64,000 nt of DNA from Verrucomicrobiota bacterium. GTDB taxonomy: Bacteria; Verrucomicrobiota; Verrucomicrobiia; Limisphaerales; UBA9464. The position numbers were made by a program, and so were the translations under genes. Below are positions 38,639 to 48,123 of this stretch, in pieces. Each line of letters starts with the position of its first letter. The first letter of the stretch is position 1. The notes beneath the pieces were generated by a model. That model searched no databases and had not been told where the DNA came from. It saw only the letters and a program-made list of their open reading frames with translations. The stretch covers positions 129,562 through 193,561 of the forward strand of contig VHCG01000001.1 in NCBI GenBank assembly GCA_016871805.1, given 5' to 3'.

Positions 38639-39745
38639 ATGAAGAAATTCCTGTTTCTCTTCCTGATTTCCCTGCGCCTGCTCGCCCAGTCGGAATCCCC
38701 GCCGGAGGTCCTAATCCCCGGTGGGGCCTTCGACATGGGCGACTTCCTGGACGCCTCGCCCGATGCACGCCCTGTCCTCGGGGTACGACTGGCCTCGTTC
38801 TGGATCGAGCGCGATCCGGTGACCCATGACCTCTGGTCCAGCGTCCACTCCTGGGCGGTCACGAATGGGTACGCCTTCGCCAACTCCGGAAAGGGCAAAG
38901 GACCGCGGCACCCGGTCCATTCCGTCTCCTGGCATGACGCCGTCCGCTGGTGCAATGCCCGCTCCGAACGGGAAGGACGTGCTCCGGTCTACCTCCTCGA
39001 CTCCGGCTTCACCCAGGTCTTCAGGAAGGGCGAACCCCAGATCCACGCCAACTGGGAAGCCAATGGATATCGCCTCCCGACGGAGGCCGAATGGGAGAAG
39101 GCCGCCCGCGGCACCCTGAACCGCAAGCGGTTCCCCCGTGGCGATGCGCTGGGGATTCCGGATGGCAACTTCTATGCGGGGGCCACGGGCACGAATGTCC
39201 CGGCCTACATGGGCGGACTCACCGGCTACAATCCCACCTATGCCCTCGATGGCATGCCGTACACCAGTCCGGTGGATGCCTTCCCCCCGAATGGACTCGG
39301 CCTCCGCGACATGGCCGGCAACGTCTTCCAGTGGTGCTGGGACTGGTACACACCCACCTACCGCGGAGGCGACAATCCCCGGGGTGCCGACGCCGGCAGC
39401 CTCCGGATCATCCGCGGCGGGAGCTGGTATGGGCAATCGTACTACTGCCGGACCGGTTACCGGAACTCCATGAACCCCCGGTTCGCCGTGAACACCTGTG
39501 GATTCCGGTGCGCCTTCTCCGCCGCAGCCCCCAGGATCCCCACGGTCGGCATCGATCTCTCCACCGGCCAGGTCCGACTGTCCTTCCAAGCCCAGGCAGG
39601 AGCCCGATACTCCGTCCAGCAGGCCGTGCAGGCCGACGGTCCCTGGACCGAGGCGGCCCTGCTGGATGGCCGCGACGGATCGCTCTCCTGGACGGACATC
39701 CTCCGTCCCGAGACCGCCCGGTTCTACCGGATCCTCGTCGAGTGA
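38639..39745 (+). CDS. Formylglycine-generating enzyme (SUMF1/FGE-sulfatase) family protein, secreted
   Basis: Signal peptide MKKFLFLFLISLRLLAQS. Motifs: HPVHSVSWHDAVRWCNARSEREG, ANGYRLPTEAEWEKAARG, RIIRGGSWYGQSYYCRTGYRN...CGFRCA. There is an extra ~70-aa C-terminal beta domain. Confidence 0.88.
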   Translation: MKKFLFLFLISLRLLAQSESPPEVLIPGGAFDMGDFLDASPDARPVLGVRLASFWIERDPVTHDLWSSVHSWAVTNGYAFANSGKGKGPRHPVHSVSWHDAVRWCNARSEREGRAPVYLLDSGFTQVFRKGEPQIHANWEANGYRLPTEAEWEKAARGTLNRKRFPRGDALGIPDGNFYAGATGTNVPAYMGGLTGYNPTYALDGMPYTSPVDAFPPNGLGLRDMAGNVFQWCWDWYTPTYRGGDNPRGADAGSLRIIRGGSWYGQSYYCRTGYRNSMNPRFAVNTCGFRCAFSAAAPRIPTVGIDLSTGQVRLSFQAQAGARYSVQQAVQADGPWTEAALLDGRDGSLSWTDILRPETARFYRILVE

Positions 39746-39805
39746 TCGTCCCCGCTCGTCTCACGGATTGTTCCAGGGCTTTACCTGAGCCCGACTCCCG
39801 CGAAC

Positions 39806-40477
39806 ATGACGCTGCACCTCATGGATGGGATCAATTGAGGGCCAGAGAAATTCCGATCGGATCAGACCACGGACCCAGGTCTGATCGAAGCCTGCCGCGA
39901 CTAGCGGAACGAAGAACAGTGGGTGGCCTTCCACAACCGGTGCAGTCCCCTGATCAGCGCCTATGCCCGACGCGCCGGCTTCTCCGATTCCGAGATCGAT
40001 AAGGTGATCCAGGGGACGATGATCAAGGTGTCGCGCCACATCCCCTCATTCAAATACGACCCCTCCGTCTGCCGCCTCCGCACCTGGCTCAGTCGGATCG
40101 TCAACCAGCGGATCATCGAGGTGCGGCATCAGCGGAAGAAATCCCTCTACCCGCTTGAGACCCTGGTCCATCTCCGAAACACCCTCGTCCCGGAGACCCT
40201 GGTCGCGGACTCGTCACCGGCGGCCTCGGAGGCGATCACGGCCCTGACCGAATGCTGCCTCGCCCGCGTCCGCTCGCAGGCCAAGGTCCTTCACTGGCAG
40301 GTGTTCGAGTCCCACCATTTGTTGGGATCCCCTGCAGCGGAGGTGGGGCGTCGCTTCGATGTCTCCAGCGGCAACGTCCGGATCATCACCTTCCGATTCA
40401 AATGGATGCTCCGTCGCGAATGGAATCGCATGCAGAAGGAAGGCCTCTTCGGCGAGACGTCACCGAACGATCCCTGA
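39806..40477 (+). pseudogene. ECF-type sigma-70 factor with in-frame TGA (39836-39838) and TAG (39902-39904); an N-terminally truncated product from GTG 39923 is possible
   Basis: One frame reads MTLHLMDGIN*GPEKFRSDQTTDPGLIEACRD*RNEEQWVAFHNRCSPLISAYARRAGFSDSEIDKVIQGTMIKVSRHIPSFKYDP..CRLRTWLSRIVNQRIIEV. The TAG falls inside the conserved sigma region-2 lead-in. The stop overlaps the kinase start (TGATG). Confidence 0.65.
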
Positions 40478-42310
40478 TGAATGTTTCGACTCTCCCCGCG
40501 GGCTACAAGGCCCTCGAGGTACTCTGGGACCGCCCATCCTCCAGGGTCATCCTCGCCGGAACGAAGGACGGCTAGGTCGCCCTGAAGATCTTCCGGGACC
40601 GAAGGACCCAATCCCCGGCCCGCGACGCACTGCTCGAGATGCTGGCCGGTCCGGGACTCATGCCAGTCCTCGATTGCGGACGCTGCGATGATGGAACCGT
40701 CTGGTACACGACGCCCCTCGCCGATGGGCTGCAGGGACTAGATGACAGGGACAAAAACGAATCCCGCTACACGCCCCACACCCTCAACCGGATGCTCGAA
40801 CGGATCCGGACGCTGCATCCGGGCGAGGTGGCCGCGTTGGGCCTGGCCATCGCCAAAGGACTCGCCTGGTTGCACCGCTTGGGTTGGATCCACGGCGACG
40901 TCAAACCCTCCAACATCGCCTACCGGGATGGGTGCCCCGTCCTGATCGACTATGGCTTGCTCAGACCCTCAGGCATGCCCTTCGATCCCTCCGGAACCCA
41001 GGGTTACGTCCCCATCCAGGGTTCATCGGACCTGGGGGCCGACATCTATGCGCTGGGGTTGACCCTCTACGAGGCGTGGACCGGATTACACCGACAGGAA
41101 TAACCCTCGCTGCCGCCGGAGATCACCGCTGACCCCTCGTGGCGCACCCATGGACGACATTTGAACGACCTGGTCCAGGAGATGGTGCGGGACTTCAATC
41201 CCATTGCCGCGGAGCAGGCGGTCGAACGCCTTGAGGCGATTGTCCAGGGCAATGCCTCGCCGATCCGACGGGGACGGTTCCTCCGGCATGCCATCGCCGG
41301 GTGCCTCCTTGTCGGGGCGTTCGCCCTTCTCGCCGCGCGGATGGGATGGGTGGGGACCGAGTCCCCCCGCCGTGAAGCGGGCCAAGACACTTGGCCGCCA
41401 GTTCGTCGAGATCCCCGCGGGCAGTTTCCGGATGAGACGTACCCCGGGGGATACCGATGAGAACGCGCCCCCGGAGGAGGTGCTGGTCGATGCCTTCCTG
41501 ATCCAGAAAACGGAGGTCCCCTTCCACCTCTGGCAGGAGGTTCGACTCTGGGGCGAAAAACGGGGATACACCGACCTGCATTGGGGAGCCGGTCGTGACG
41601 CCGACTATCCTGTCATCTGGATCCAATGGTTCGATGTCATGAAGTGGTGCAACGCCTGGTCGGAGAAGGAGGGACTCAAGCCCTGCTACTACGTCAGCAC
41701 CCGCTTCGACAAATCACAGGTCTACCGGACCAACGACATCCATCTCCGCATCGAATGGGTGGACTGGACGGCCAATGGCTATCGTCTCCCGACCGAAGCC
41801 GAATGGGAGAAGGCGGCCCGGGGTGGGGTCTACGACACACGCTTCTTCTGGGGCGACACCATCACCCACGACCACGCGGACTACCGGAGCCACGACAATG
41901 TTCCCTACGACCTGAGCCCCACCCCGGAGTTTCACCCGCGCTTCAACGCAACCAAGATGCCGTTCGCAAGCCCGATCGCCTCCTTTCCGCCAAACCCCTA
42001 CGGTCTCTATGACACCAGCGGAATTCTTTGGGAGTGGACTTGGGATGCCTACGATCCGAAGGGACACCTCATTCCAAGAGCACCCAACCCAAGGGGTGCC
42101 AAGGAATTGACCTCAGGCAGGGTCCTCAAAAGTGGTTGCTGGAATGTGAGTGCCTATTTTGTGAGGCCCACGCACCGCCGAGGTTTCGGCCCGGAGGGAT
42201 ACGATCCGTTCCTGGGCTTCCGATGCGCACGCACGGCGATCCCGACCCACAATCCGACGATTCGCCGCCCTGCCCCGGATGGGCCCGCGAGCGGGGTGAT
42301 CCGGGAGTGA
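40477..42310 (+). pseudogene. Bifunctional Ser/Thr protein kinase / FGE-family protein, disrupted by TAG, TAA and a poly-C frameshift
   Basis: One frame reads MNVSTLPAGYKALEVLWDRPSSRVILAGTKDG*VALKIFRD... (TAG 40573-40575 lies directly before the VALK catalytic-lysine motif). It continues ...WIHGDVKPSNIAY...IDYGL...LYEAWTGLHRQE*PSLPPEITADPSW... (TAA 41101-41103), then the TM segment CLLVGAFALLAA. The FGE domain (FVEIPAGSFRM...ANGYRLPTEAEWEKAARGG...LGFRCA) continues in the +1 frame, with the switch at the C6 run 41363-41368. Confidence 0.8.
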
Positions 42311-42326
42311 CTCCCCAACCGCAAAC

Positions 42327-42372
42327 CCTCCCTCGCCTCACCCCACCAGCGAGGGCTCGGCGCCGAGGGTGC
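42327..42372. repeat. Hairpin-forming repeat (copy 2 of 2), overlapping the 3' end of the convergent 1137-aa gene
   Basis: ctccctcgcctcaccccaccagcgagggctcggcgccgagggtgcc. Its reverse complement encodes the last residues ...GTLGAEPSLVG* of the minus-strand gene. Confidence 0.7.
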
Positions 42373-45300
42373 CGACCAACTGGTCCAGATAGTCCGGCCG
42401 CTTGACGCGCTCGAGCATCACCCGGGCGTGGGAAAGACGCTGGCGGATTCCCAGCCGCTCGGCTTCGAACGAATACCCCGGCTTGGCCAGGAACCGCTCG
42501 AGGTATTGTCCGTGCCGCTGCCACGACCGCACCTCGCCCCGCTGACGCGCCCGGAGACGCTCTCGGTACCAGTCGCTCGCCAGGATCTGCTCCCGCGAGA
42601 ACAGGGCCCGCAACGTGGGATCATCGATCCCCTTCCCCTCGTAGGTCCCATCGCGCATCACCTGCAGCAGCACTTTCAACGGGGGACACGCCAGCGCGAT
42701 CGACCCGTCCTCGAAATACTGCTCCGCCACCCGTCGGTGGGTCGCCACCACATTGTCGACCGCGTCGGCGAACTCCTTCGGATCCTGCAGCTCGGGTTTC
42801 AGCATCTCCTCCGTGAGCACCGCATGCGGGTGGTTGAAGATGCGGCCGAAGAACCGGTGGGTGAACAGGTGGGTGATCCGGTATCCGAGCCGACTGGCGA
42901 GGACCCGCCGGTCCCCGACCGAGTAGTCCTCCAGGCGCTCCATCATGCCGTGGGCGATCATCCACTCCGGCTCCCGTTCCTCCGGACGCATCCGGCACCA
43001 GACCTCTGGAACCAGGAGCGAGACGTCGTGGTCGACCCGGTAGCGCGGCCCCAGGCAGCCCGCGCTCGTCAGGAAACCTGGGTAACCGCTGATCGCATAG
43101 CTGACGAGGGCGGCATTGAGGTCGTGGATGGGCAGTAACGCGTTGAAGGGCCCCTTGGTGAGCGCCCCCTCGCTGCCCGCACCGGTGGTCGACGGCGACT
43201 TCCCGGTCATCGAGGAGATGAACTCCATGAAGAGTTCCGGGAGCTCCATGTAGTGGATCGGACCGTAACAGGCGAGAGAGCGGATCTTTCCCTCGGCGGG
43301 ATTGTTGCGACGTCCCGCCAGGACGGCCGTCACCGGGACGTGCAAGGCCTGACCGGGCGCCACGCCCCGCGCCAGACGGAGCGAGACCTCGGCAAGGCGA
43401 CGCGAGATCGGTTCGGCGATGTCAGGCCGCAGCTGGAGGTAGCGGGGATTCTTGGACGGCGCCCCATCGACCCGTCTCGGGAAGGCCGGGCAGACGAAGA
43501 ACTCCGGTCCCATGCCATCCGCCACGTCCTGGATGAACCGTCGCATTGGTTCGGTGAACTCATGGAATCCGACGGCGTCCTCCGTCCACGCCACCGCATC
43601 CTGTCGGGTCAACGGCTCGTAGTTGGAGAAGAAATTTTCACCGGCCACGAAATCGCGCTCCGTCGTGTGGTCATAGCCCCGGATCACGGCGTCGTCGGGT
43701 CGCTGGAACAGCCGCGTCTCGCAGTTGTGCACGAACTTCAGCGATGGATACGGCGGCTGCGCCGGGGCGAGGCCGGCCAGGGCCGACCGGGGGACGACCA
43801 CGCTCGCCGTGATGTCGTCCTCCTCCTGCACCTTCGCCGCGGGATGGAAGTCCTTCCGGAGCCCGAACGTCCGCCACGCACCATCAGCGTCATAGCCCAC
43901 CCGGAGGAACTGGGTGACCAGGCGACGCCGTTTGACCCGGAGTTCGTTCGAGGGGGCCCCATTGATGATGTCTACGGTGAAGTGCTTCGCCCAATCCGAG
44001 CCCCACGCCGGTTTCCAGAACCGCTTCACGACGAACACCAGTTCCTTGATGTGCGGCGGAATCGACCCCAGCCATCGGTTGTACTCTTCGTGATAATCCT
44101 CGGCACTCGGGGTCAGGAGCTTGATCACGCTGCCCAGTGACCGTTCGGGCGACAGGATCGGGCGTCGATCGACCCCATTTCGCTCCGATGACCGGAAGCG
44201 GGCGGAGAAGTCCCGATCCAGCACCTCCTGGACCTGTTTCAGATCGGCATGGAGATCGGAGACGAAGACCGGTCCATGGATGACGGCATCGGTGATGGGC
44301 TTGGAGATCTCCGACTTGCCACCCCCGCTCACGGTGCAGGGCTTGTGGCAGAGGGTCGGCTCCGGACGGGTGCCGATCAGGCGCCACGCCCGGTTGCCCA
44401 CCGGCTTCTCTAGGTGCACACGGAATCCGTTGGGAAGCACGTAGTGGTGGTCCAACAGGAGCTTGATCGAACGTATCCCACTACCCTGGGGCCAGGAGAT
44501 GCTGCGGGATTCGATGTCGAACCGGGCTGATTCCGAGACATAGACGATCCGGGGATCCCGGCGATCGATGGCGTGGCCCTCGGGACGGAGCTCCAGCTCG
44601 GATCCGAAGAGCGTGAGCATTGAGGCGAACCGCTGGGTGTAGTCCTGCGAATGCAGCGAGGAGTCGTAGTCACCGGCGAGATCGTACCGGGGAAACACCA
44701 AGGCGCCCCCCGCGTGTTCCTCCTCGGCCAGACCCAGCAGATTGGCGGCGAAGCTGATCTGGGTCTTCACCTCCTTTTTGCAGTAGCCGAAGTAGTTGTC
44801 GCCGATGATTGTGACAATGACGCCCGACGCATCGCGCGCGCAGAGCTTGAAGGGGTTGCCGTCGTTGTAGGGCTCCTCGGGATCCTTCCAGCACATGCCG
44901 TCCCGACGCTGCCGTTCCGTAGCCTGGTCCCAGTGCGGCAGACCGGCGTCCTTCTTGGTCAGGCTGCCCACAAGGTGGGGGGCCAGGAGGATGCAGCCCG
45001 TATGCCCACTCCAGTGCTCCGGATCCAGTGCGGCATCGTTCTCGGGCAGCGTCGGATCTCCGGCGTTGCCGAAGATGTTCTCGACGAAGTCGAGGTTGCT
45101 GACGAAGGAACCCGGCACCAAGAGACGCACCTCCATGCGCTGCTCGGCAACAAATCCCTCGACAGCCGGACAGACCACCGGGCGGAGAAAGAGCGACACC
45201 CAGGTCCTGGCCTGCTCCGTCTGCGATCCGGTGAAGGGCAGCGCCAGCATCCCGTCGGGCGGCTGCAGGGCACGACGCAGGATCGTGGTGAACACGACCT

Positions 45301-45751
45301 TAGGCACCGCCTTCTTGTCGGAAGGGATCGGCAGTCCGCCCTCCGCCACATGGAAGATGCCCGCCGTGGTCCGACGGTCCGACTTCGGGTTGTGCAGCAC
45401 CCCGTTGGCGACGCGATGGCTGCGGAGCAGATCGCTCGCAAATTCGTCGCGATCCGGTGGCAACGAGGCCACACGGGCAAGACCCGGACGGTCCAGGATC
45501 AGCGTATGACCCGGCAGACGCGGTGGTACGACAGCATCGCCGAGATAGTCGAAGAGGAAGGCCTGGATCCGGGCGTCAGGCGGACAGAGGTAGGACGACA
45601 GCAGGCGGTCCTTTTCACGACTCCGGGCAACGAAGGAGCCGATGATGGTGGCCGCCTCCGGGTTCACGGCCGCCTCGTATCGCGGAAGCCCCAGCTCCGC
45701 GAGCTTCAGGTTGAGATGTCGGATTTCTTCGCGCCCGGAGGAGGTATCCAT
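42338..45751 (-). CDS. Large (~130 kDa) protein, putative PPi-dependent phosphoenolpyruvate carboxykinase family
   Basis: Uninterrupted 1137-aa ORF with balanced composition. The size matches the known ~1,130-1,150-aa PPi-PEPCK class. The segment IIGDNYFGYCKKEVKTQISFAANL resembles the GTP-PEPCK kinase-1a region (GSGYGGNxLLGKKCFALR). The assignment is from memory of the family and is not aligned. Confidence 0.5.
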   Translation of the reverse strand: MDTSSGREEIRHLNLKLAELGLPRYEAAVNPEAATIIGSFVARSREKDRLLSSYLCPPDARIQAFLFDYLGDAVVPPRLPGHTLILDRPGLARVASLPPDRDEFASDLLRSHRVANGVLHNPKSDRRTTAGIFHVAEGGLPIPSDKKAVPKVVFTTILRRALQPPDGMLALPFTGSQTEQARTWVSLFLRPVVCPAVEGFVAEQRMEVRLLVPGSFVSNLDFVENIFGNAGDPTLPENDAALDPEHWSGHTGCILLAPHLVGSLTKKDAGLPHWDQATERQRRDGMCWKDPEEPYNDGNPFKLCARDASGVIVTIIGDNYFGYCKKEVKTQISFAANLLGLAEEEHAGGALVFPRYDLAGDYDSSLHSQDYTQRFASMLTLFGSELELRPEGHAIDRRDPRIVYVSESARFDIESRSISWPQGSGIRSIKLLLDHHYVLPNGFRVHLEKPVGNRAWRLIGTRPEPTLCHKPCTVSGGGKSEISKPITDAVIHGPVFVSDLHADLKQVQEVLDRDFSARFRSSERNGVDRRPILSPERSLGSVIKLLTPSAEDYHEEYNRWLGSIPPHIKELVFVVKRFWKPAWGSDWAKHFTVDIINGAPSNELRVKRRRLVTQFLRVGYDADGAWRTFGLRKDFHPAAKVQEEDDITASVVVPRSALAGLAPAQPPYPSLKFVHNCETRLFQRPDDAVIRGYDHTTERDFVAGENFFSNYEPLTRQDAVAWTEDAVGFHEFTEPMRRFIQDVADGMGPEFFVCPAFPRRVDGAPSKNPRYLQLRPDIAEPISRRLAEVSLRLARGVAPGQALHVPVTAVLAGRRNNPAEGKIRSLACYGPIHYMELPELFMEFISSMTGKSPSTTGAGSEGALTKGPFNALLPIHDLNAALVSYAISGYPGFLTSAGCLGPRYRVDHDVSLLVPEVWCRMRPEEREPEWMIAHGMMERLEDYSVGDRRVLASRLGYRITHLFTHRFFGRIFNHPHAVLTEEMLKPELQDPKEFADAVDNVVATHRRVAEQYFEDGSIALACPPLKVLLQVMRDGTYEGKGIDDPTLRALFSREQILASDWYRERLRARQRGEVRSWQRHGQYLERFLAKPGYSFEAERLGIRQRLSHARVMLERVKRPDYLDQLVGTLGAEPSLVG

Positions 45752-45899
45752 AGAGTGGAGATATGCCAGTTCCCTTGAACCTTCCTATCGCGACCACATC
45801 GGCTCGGCAAGCGACGCCTCGGTACGCCCTGAAAAAAGTCAGGATTTGACCACGGTGGCCAAAAACCAATTTCTTCTGCGGGCAGGAGTCATCATCAAT

Positions 45900-46769
45900 T
45901 CAGGGCGGGAATCCGAACGACACCTTCAGTGCCGAATACTCGGGGTGGATTGCGCCGTCTCGGGTCCGGATCACTAGGGAAGGCTCCGTCCAGGTCCGCT
46001 CCCGGAACCCCTCCGGCAGGTCGGGGGAACGGACCATCCCAAATAGCCCCACCAGCGGAGGATCTCCTTCCCGGAAGACGACTGGACGACACCGGACCAG
46101 ACTCAGGCCAGCACTCCGCGCCCCGTCGAGGACCCGTCGCCATTGCGTCGGCTCCCACGGAAAAACCCCCGCGAAGAATCCCCCGACGGCGAGGTGGCGT
46201 GAGGCCACGGCACAGTAGTCAGCCACCGTCCCACGAAGCTCAAAGCGACAGGCCTGCTTCTGCGGATGACCGCTCTCCACGCCTGTCCCGGGGGGGAAGT
46301 AGGGCGGACTGCCCGTCACCAGATCGAAACGCTCGTGCTCCCGGAGAATGCCGGCCGACCGGAAATCACCGAGCCGGATCTCCATGCGGTCCTCAAGGCC
46401 GTTGTACCGCGCCGATCGACGGGCCAGCCCGACACTCACCTCCTGCGCCTCCACGGTGACGAGTCGGACACCTTGCAACCGCCACGCCACGACCGTGGCC
46501 ACGGTCCCAATGCCACTGCCGAGGTCGAGGGCTGTCCGGGCCGAGGGACACCACGATGTCCCATACCAGGCCGTAAGCAGGTCATCCGTCGAAAAGCGGT
46601 GTCCGTCGCTCAGTTGAAGGAGACGGTAGTGGCCACTGAGGGCGTCCAAGGTCTCGCCTTGATGGACGTCGCCAGCAACCCAGGAGCCCGGTGCTGGCGG
46701 ACCCGGCTTGGCCCAACCTCGGAAATGGGAAGCCAGCACGCCAGGGGATCCACCGGTGTCGTCGGTCAC
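45900..46769 (-). CDS. Class I SAM-dependent N6-adenine-type methyltransferase (YfiC/TrmN6-like)
   Basis: Motif I is [15 protein letters not shown] and motif IV is [13 protein letters not shown]. The N-terminal [19 protein letters not shown] is typical of tRNA1(Val) m6A37 methyltransferase-like proteins. Confidence 0.7.
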   Translation of the reverse strand: MTDDTGGSPGVLASHFRGWAKPGPPAPGSWVAGDVHQGETLDALSGHYRLLQLSDGHRFSTDDLLTAWYGTSWCPSARTALDLGSGIGTVATVVAWRLQGVRLVTVEAQEVSVGLARRSARYNGLEDRMEIRLGDFRSAGILREHERFDLVTGSPPYFPPGTGVESGHPQKQACRFELRGTVADYCAVASRHLAVGGFFAGVFPWEPTQWRRVLDGARSAGLSLVRCRPVVFREGDPPLVGLFGMVRSPDLPEGFRERTWTEPSLVIRTRDGAIHPEYSALKVSFGFPP

Positions 46770-46861
46770 CTCCGGATGCTGACCCGAGACCCTGCGGACA
46801 AAAGATCAAAACGAGGACTCCAGCATCGGCAATCACCTGGGCCCTGCCTGGCACCCACGGA

Positions 46862-47253
46862 GGGGACTCACACGCAGACGCCAAGCCGCGGAGAAAAGGC
46901 AGGAGAGGAACCGGAAATCTGCAGGGGCTGCCGTTCTGAATCGGTGGGTTCTCCAGTGCTCTGTAGAACCTGGCCGCTTCCGAGCAGCCAGCCACCCCAG
47001 TCGTTACAGGCTCCCAGAATCCAGAATCACCCACCGCGACACCACACAAACCGGTCGCAACAACCCGCCGCCTATCGGAGTCCACGCCTTGCCCGGTGGT
47101 CGCTACCGCGCCCAATGATGCAGGGCACTGCATCACCCACCCACTCATGCAGGACACTGCATCGTCACACAGGTCCTCTGGCTTTTGGGACACCCAGTTT
47201 TGGCCTGAGAAAGCGCCACTGTCCCGGGACTCCGGGATGCCGCTTGACTCCCC
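46862..47253. mobile_element. Second MITE-like element copy (~390 bp), right end degenerate
   Basis: Left end GGGGACTCACACGCAGACGCCAAGCCGCGGAGAAAA matches the family TIR at 30/36. The internal CGCGCCCAATGATGCAGGGCACTGCATCACCCACCCAC (47118-47133 core) matches 1340-1374 at the same ~255-bp offset from the left end. A second core, ATGCAGGACACTGCAT, lies at 47147-47162. The possible right end is ...cttGACTCCCC at ~47253. Confidence 0.5.
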
Positions 47254-47279
47254 TGTCCGGTTTCGAGGACCACAGGATC

Positions 47280-48032
47280 ATGAGTTCCCGGGCATTCCTC
47301 AGGACCCACCCCTGCCGCTGTGCCTTCACGCTGATCGAGCTGCTGGTGGTGATCGCGATCATCGCGATCCTGGCCGGGATGCTCCTCCCCTCCCTCGCAA
47401 AAGCCCGTGCCAAGGCCAACCAGACCTACTGCCTCAACAACCAGCGGCAGATCGGCATCGCCACCTCGATGTATGCCTCGGATTACAGCTCCCGGTTCCC
47501 GCTGGTCCGAAACTGGGGTCGGGCCTGGGCCGGAGACCATGCGCTGCGTCCCGACAACGTCTGGCTGCCCGAAATCCTCGAGCTCTATCTGGTGCGGAAC
47601 TCCAACAAGCCCACGAACTACACCAGCAAGACCGTCCGGATGCCCCAGGCCAGCATTTTCACCTGCCCGTCGGGGATCAAGGTGAAGGATCCCGCCGCCA
47701 GCATGACCAAGGACTTTCTCCGCGACAACGACCACGTCACCTACATCTGGAACCACATCTACCTCAAGAAGGACGGCGGGTATGAGGAACGGCGTCCGGT
47801 GAGCGGACGGAAGGACAACGATGTGGCGAGCCCCTCCAGGGCCGTCCTGGTGTGGGAGATCCCGTACTGGACCTGGAACAAGTCCGCCCACGAGGACAAG
47901 CAGAACCTGATCTTCGCCGACTGCCATGCCGCGGCCGAGCGCCGACAAAAGGACGAGTTCGACTGGTGGGCCTTCCACAGCCGCCGTGGCTGGGAGGATT
48001 CCGATCTGACCGGGAAGACCTTCAAGCAGTAG
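47280..48032 (+). CDS. Prepilin-type N-terminal cleavage/methylation domain protein (H-X9-DG family variant)
   Basis: Same frame as track ORF 46266..48032; start at [43 protein letters not shown]. The C-terminal [13 protein letters not shown] is an H-X9-DC variant of H-X9-DG. Confidence 0.85.
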   Translation: MSSRAFLRTHPCRCAFTLIELLVVIAIIAILAGMLLPSLAKARAKANQTYCLNNQRQIGIATSMYASDYSSRFPLVRNWGRAWAGDHALRPDNVWLPEILELYLVRNSNKPTNYTSKTVRMPQASIFTCPSGIKVKDPAASMTKDFLRDNDHVTYIWNHIYLKKDGGYEERRPVSGRKDNDVASPSRAVLVWEIPYWTWNKSAHEDKQNLIFADCHAAAERRQKDEFDWWAFHSRRGWEDSDLTGKTFKQ

Positions 48033-48060
48033 GTCGCGTCTGATTCAAGACCACCCACCC

Positions 48061-48096
48061 AAAAAAAACCCCCCTCCGGCTAAAACCGGAGGGGGG
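48061..48096 (-). terminator. Rho-independent terminator for the porin gene (between convergent genes)
   Basis: The minus strand reads CCCCCCTCCGG ttttag CCGGAGGGGGG followed by TTTTTTTT, an 11-bp perfect stem. Confidence 0.8.
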
Positions 48097-48123
48097 CAGG
48101 AGGAACAGGGTTGGACAGAATCG

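Noticed and set aside
38639-42310. Diversity-generating retroelement targeting the two FGE-sulfatase (C-type-lectin-fold) genes
   Set aside because: FGE/CLec domains are classic DGR targets. However, the window has no reverse transcriptase or Avd gene. The C-terminal coding regions of the two genes are not near-identical template/variable repeat pairs with adenine-specific differences.
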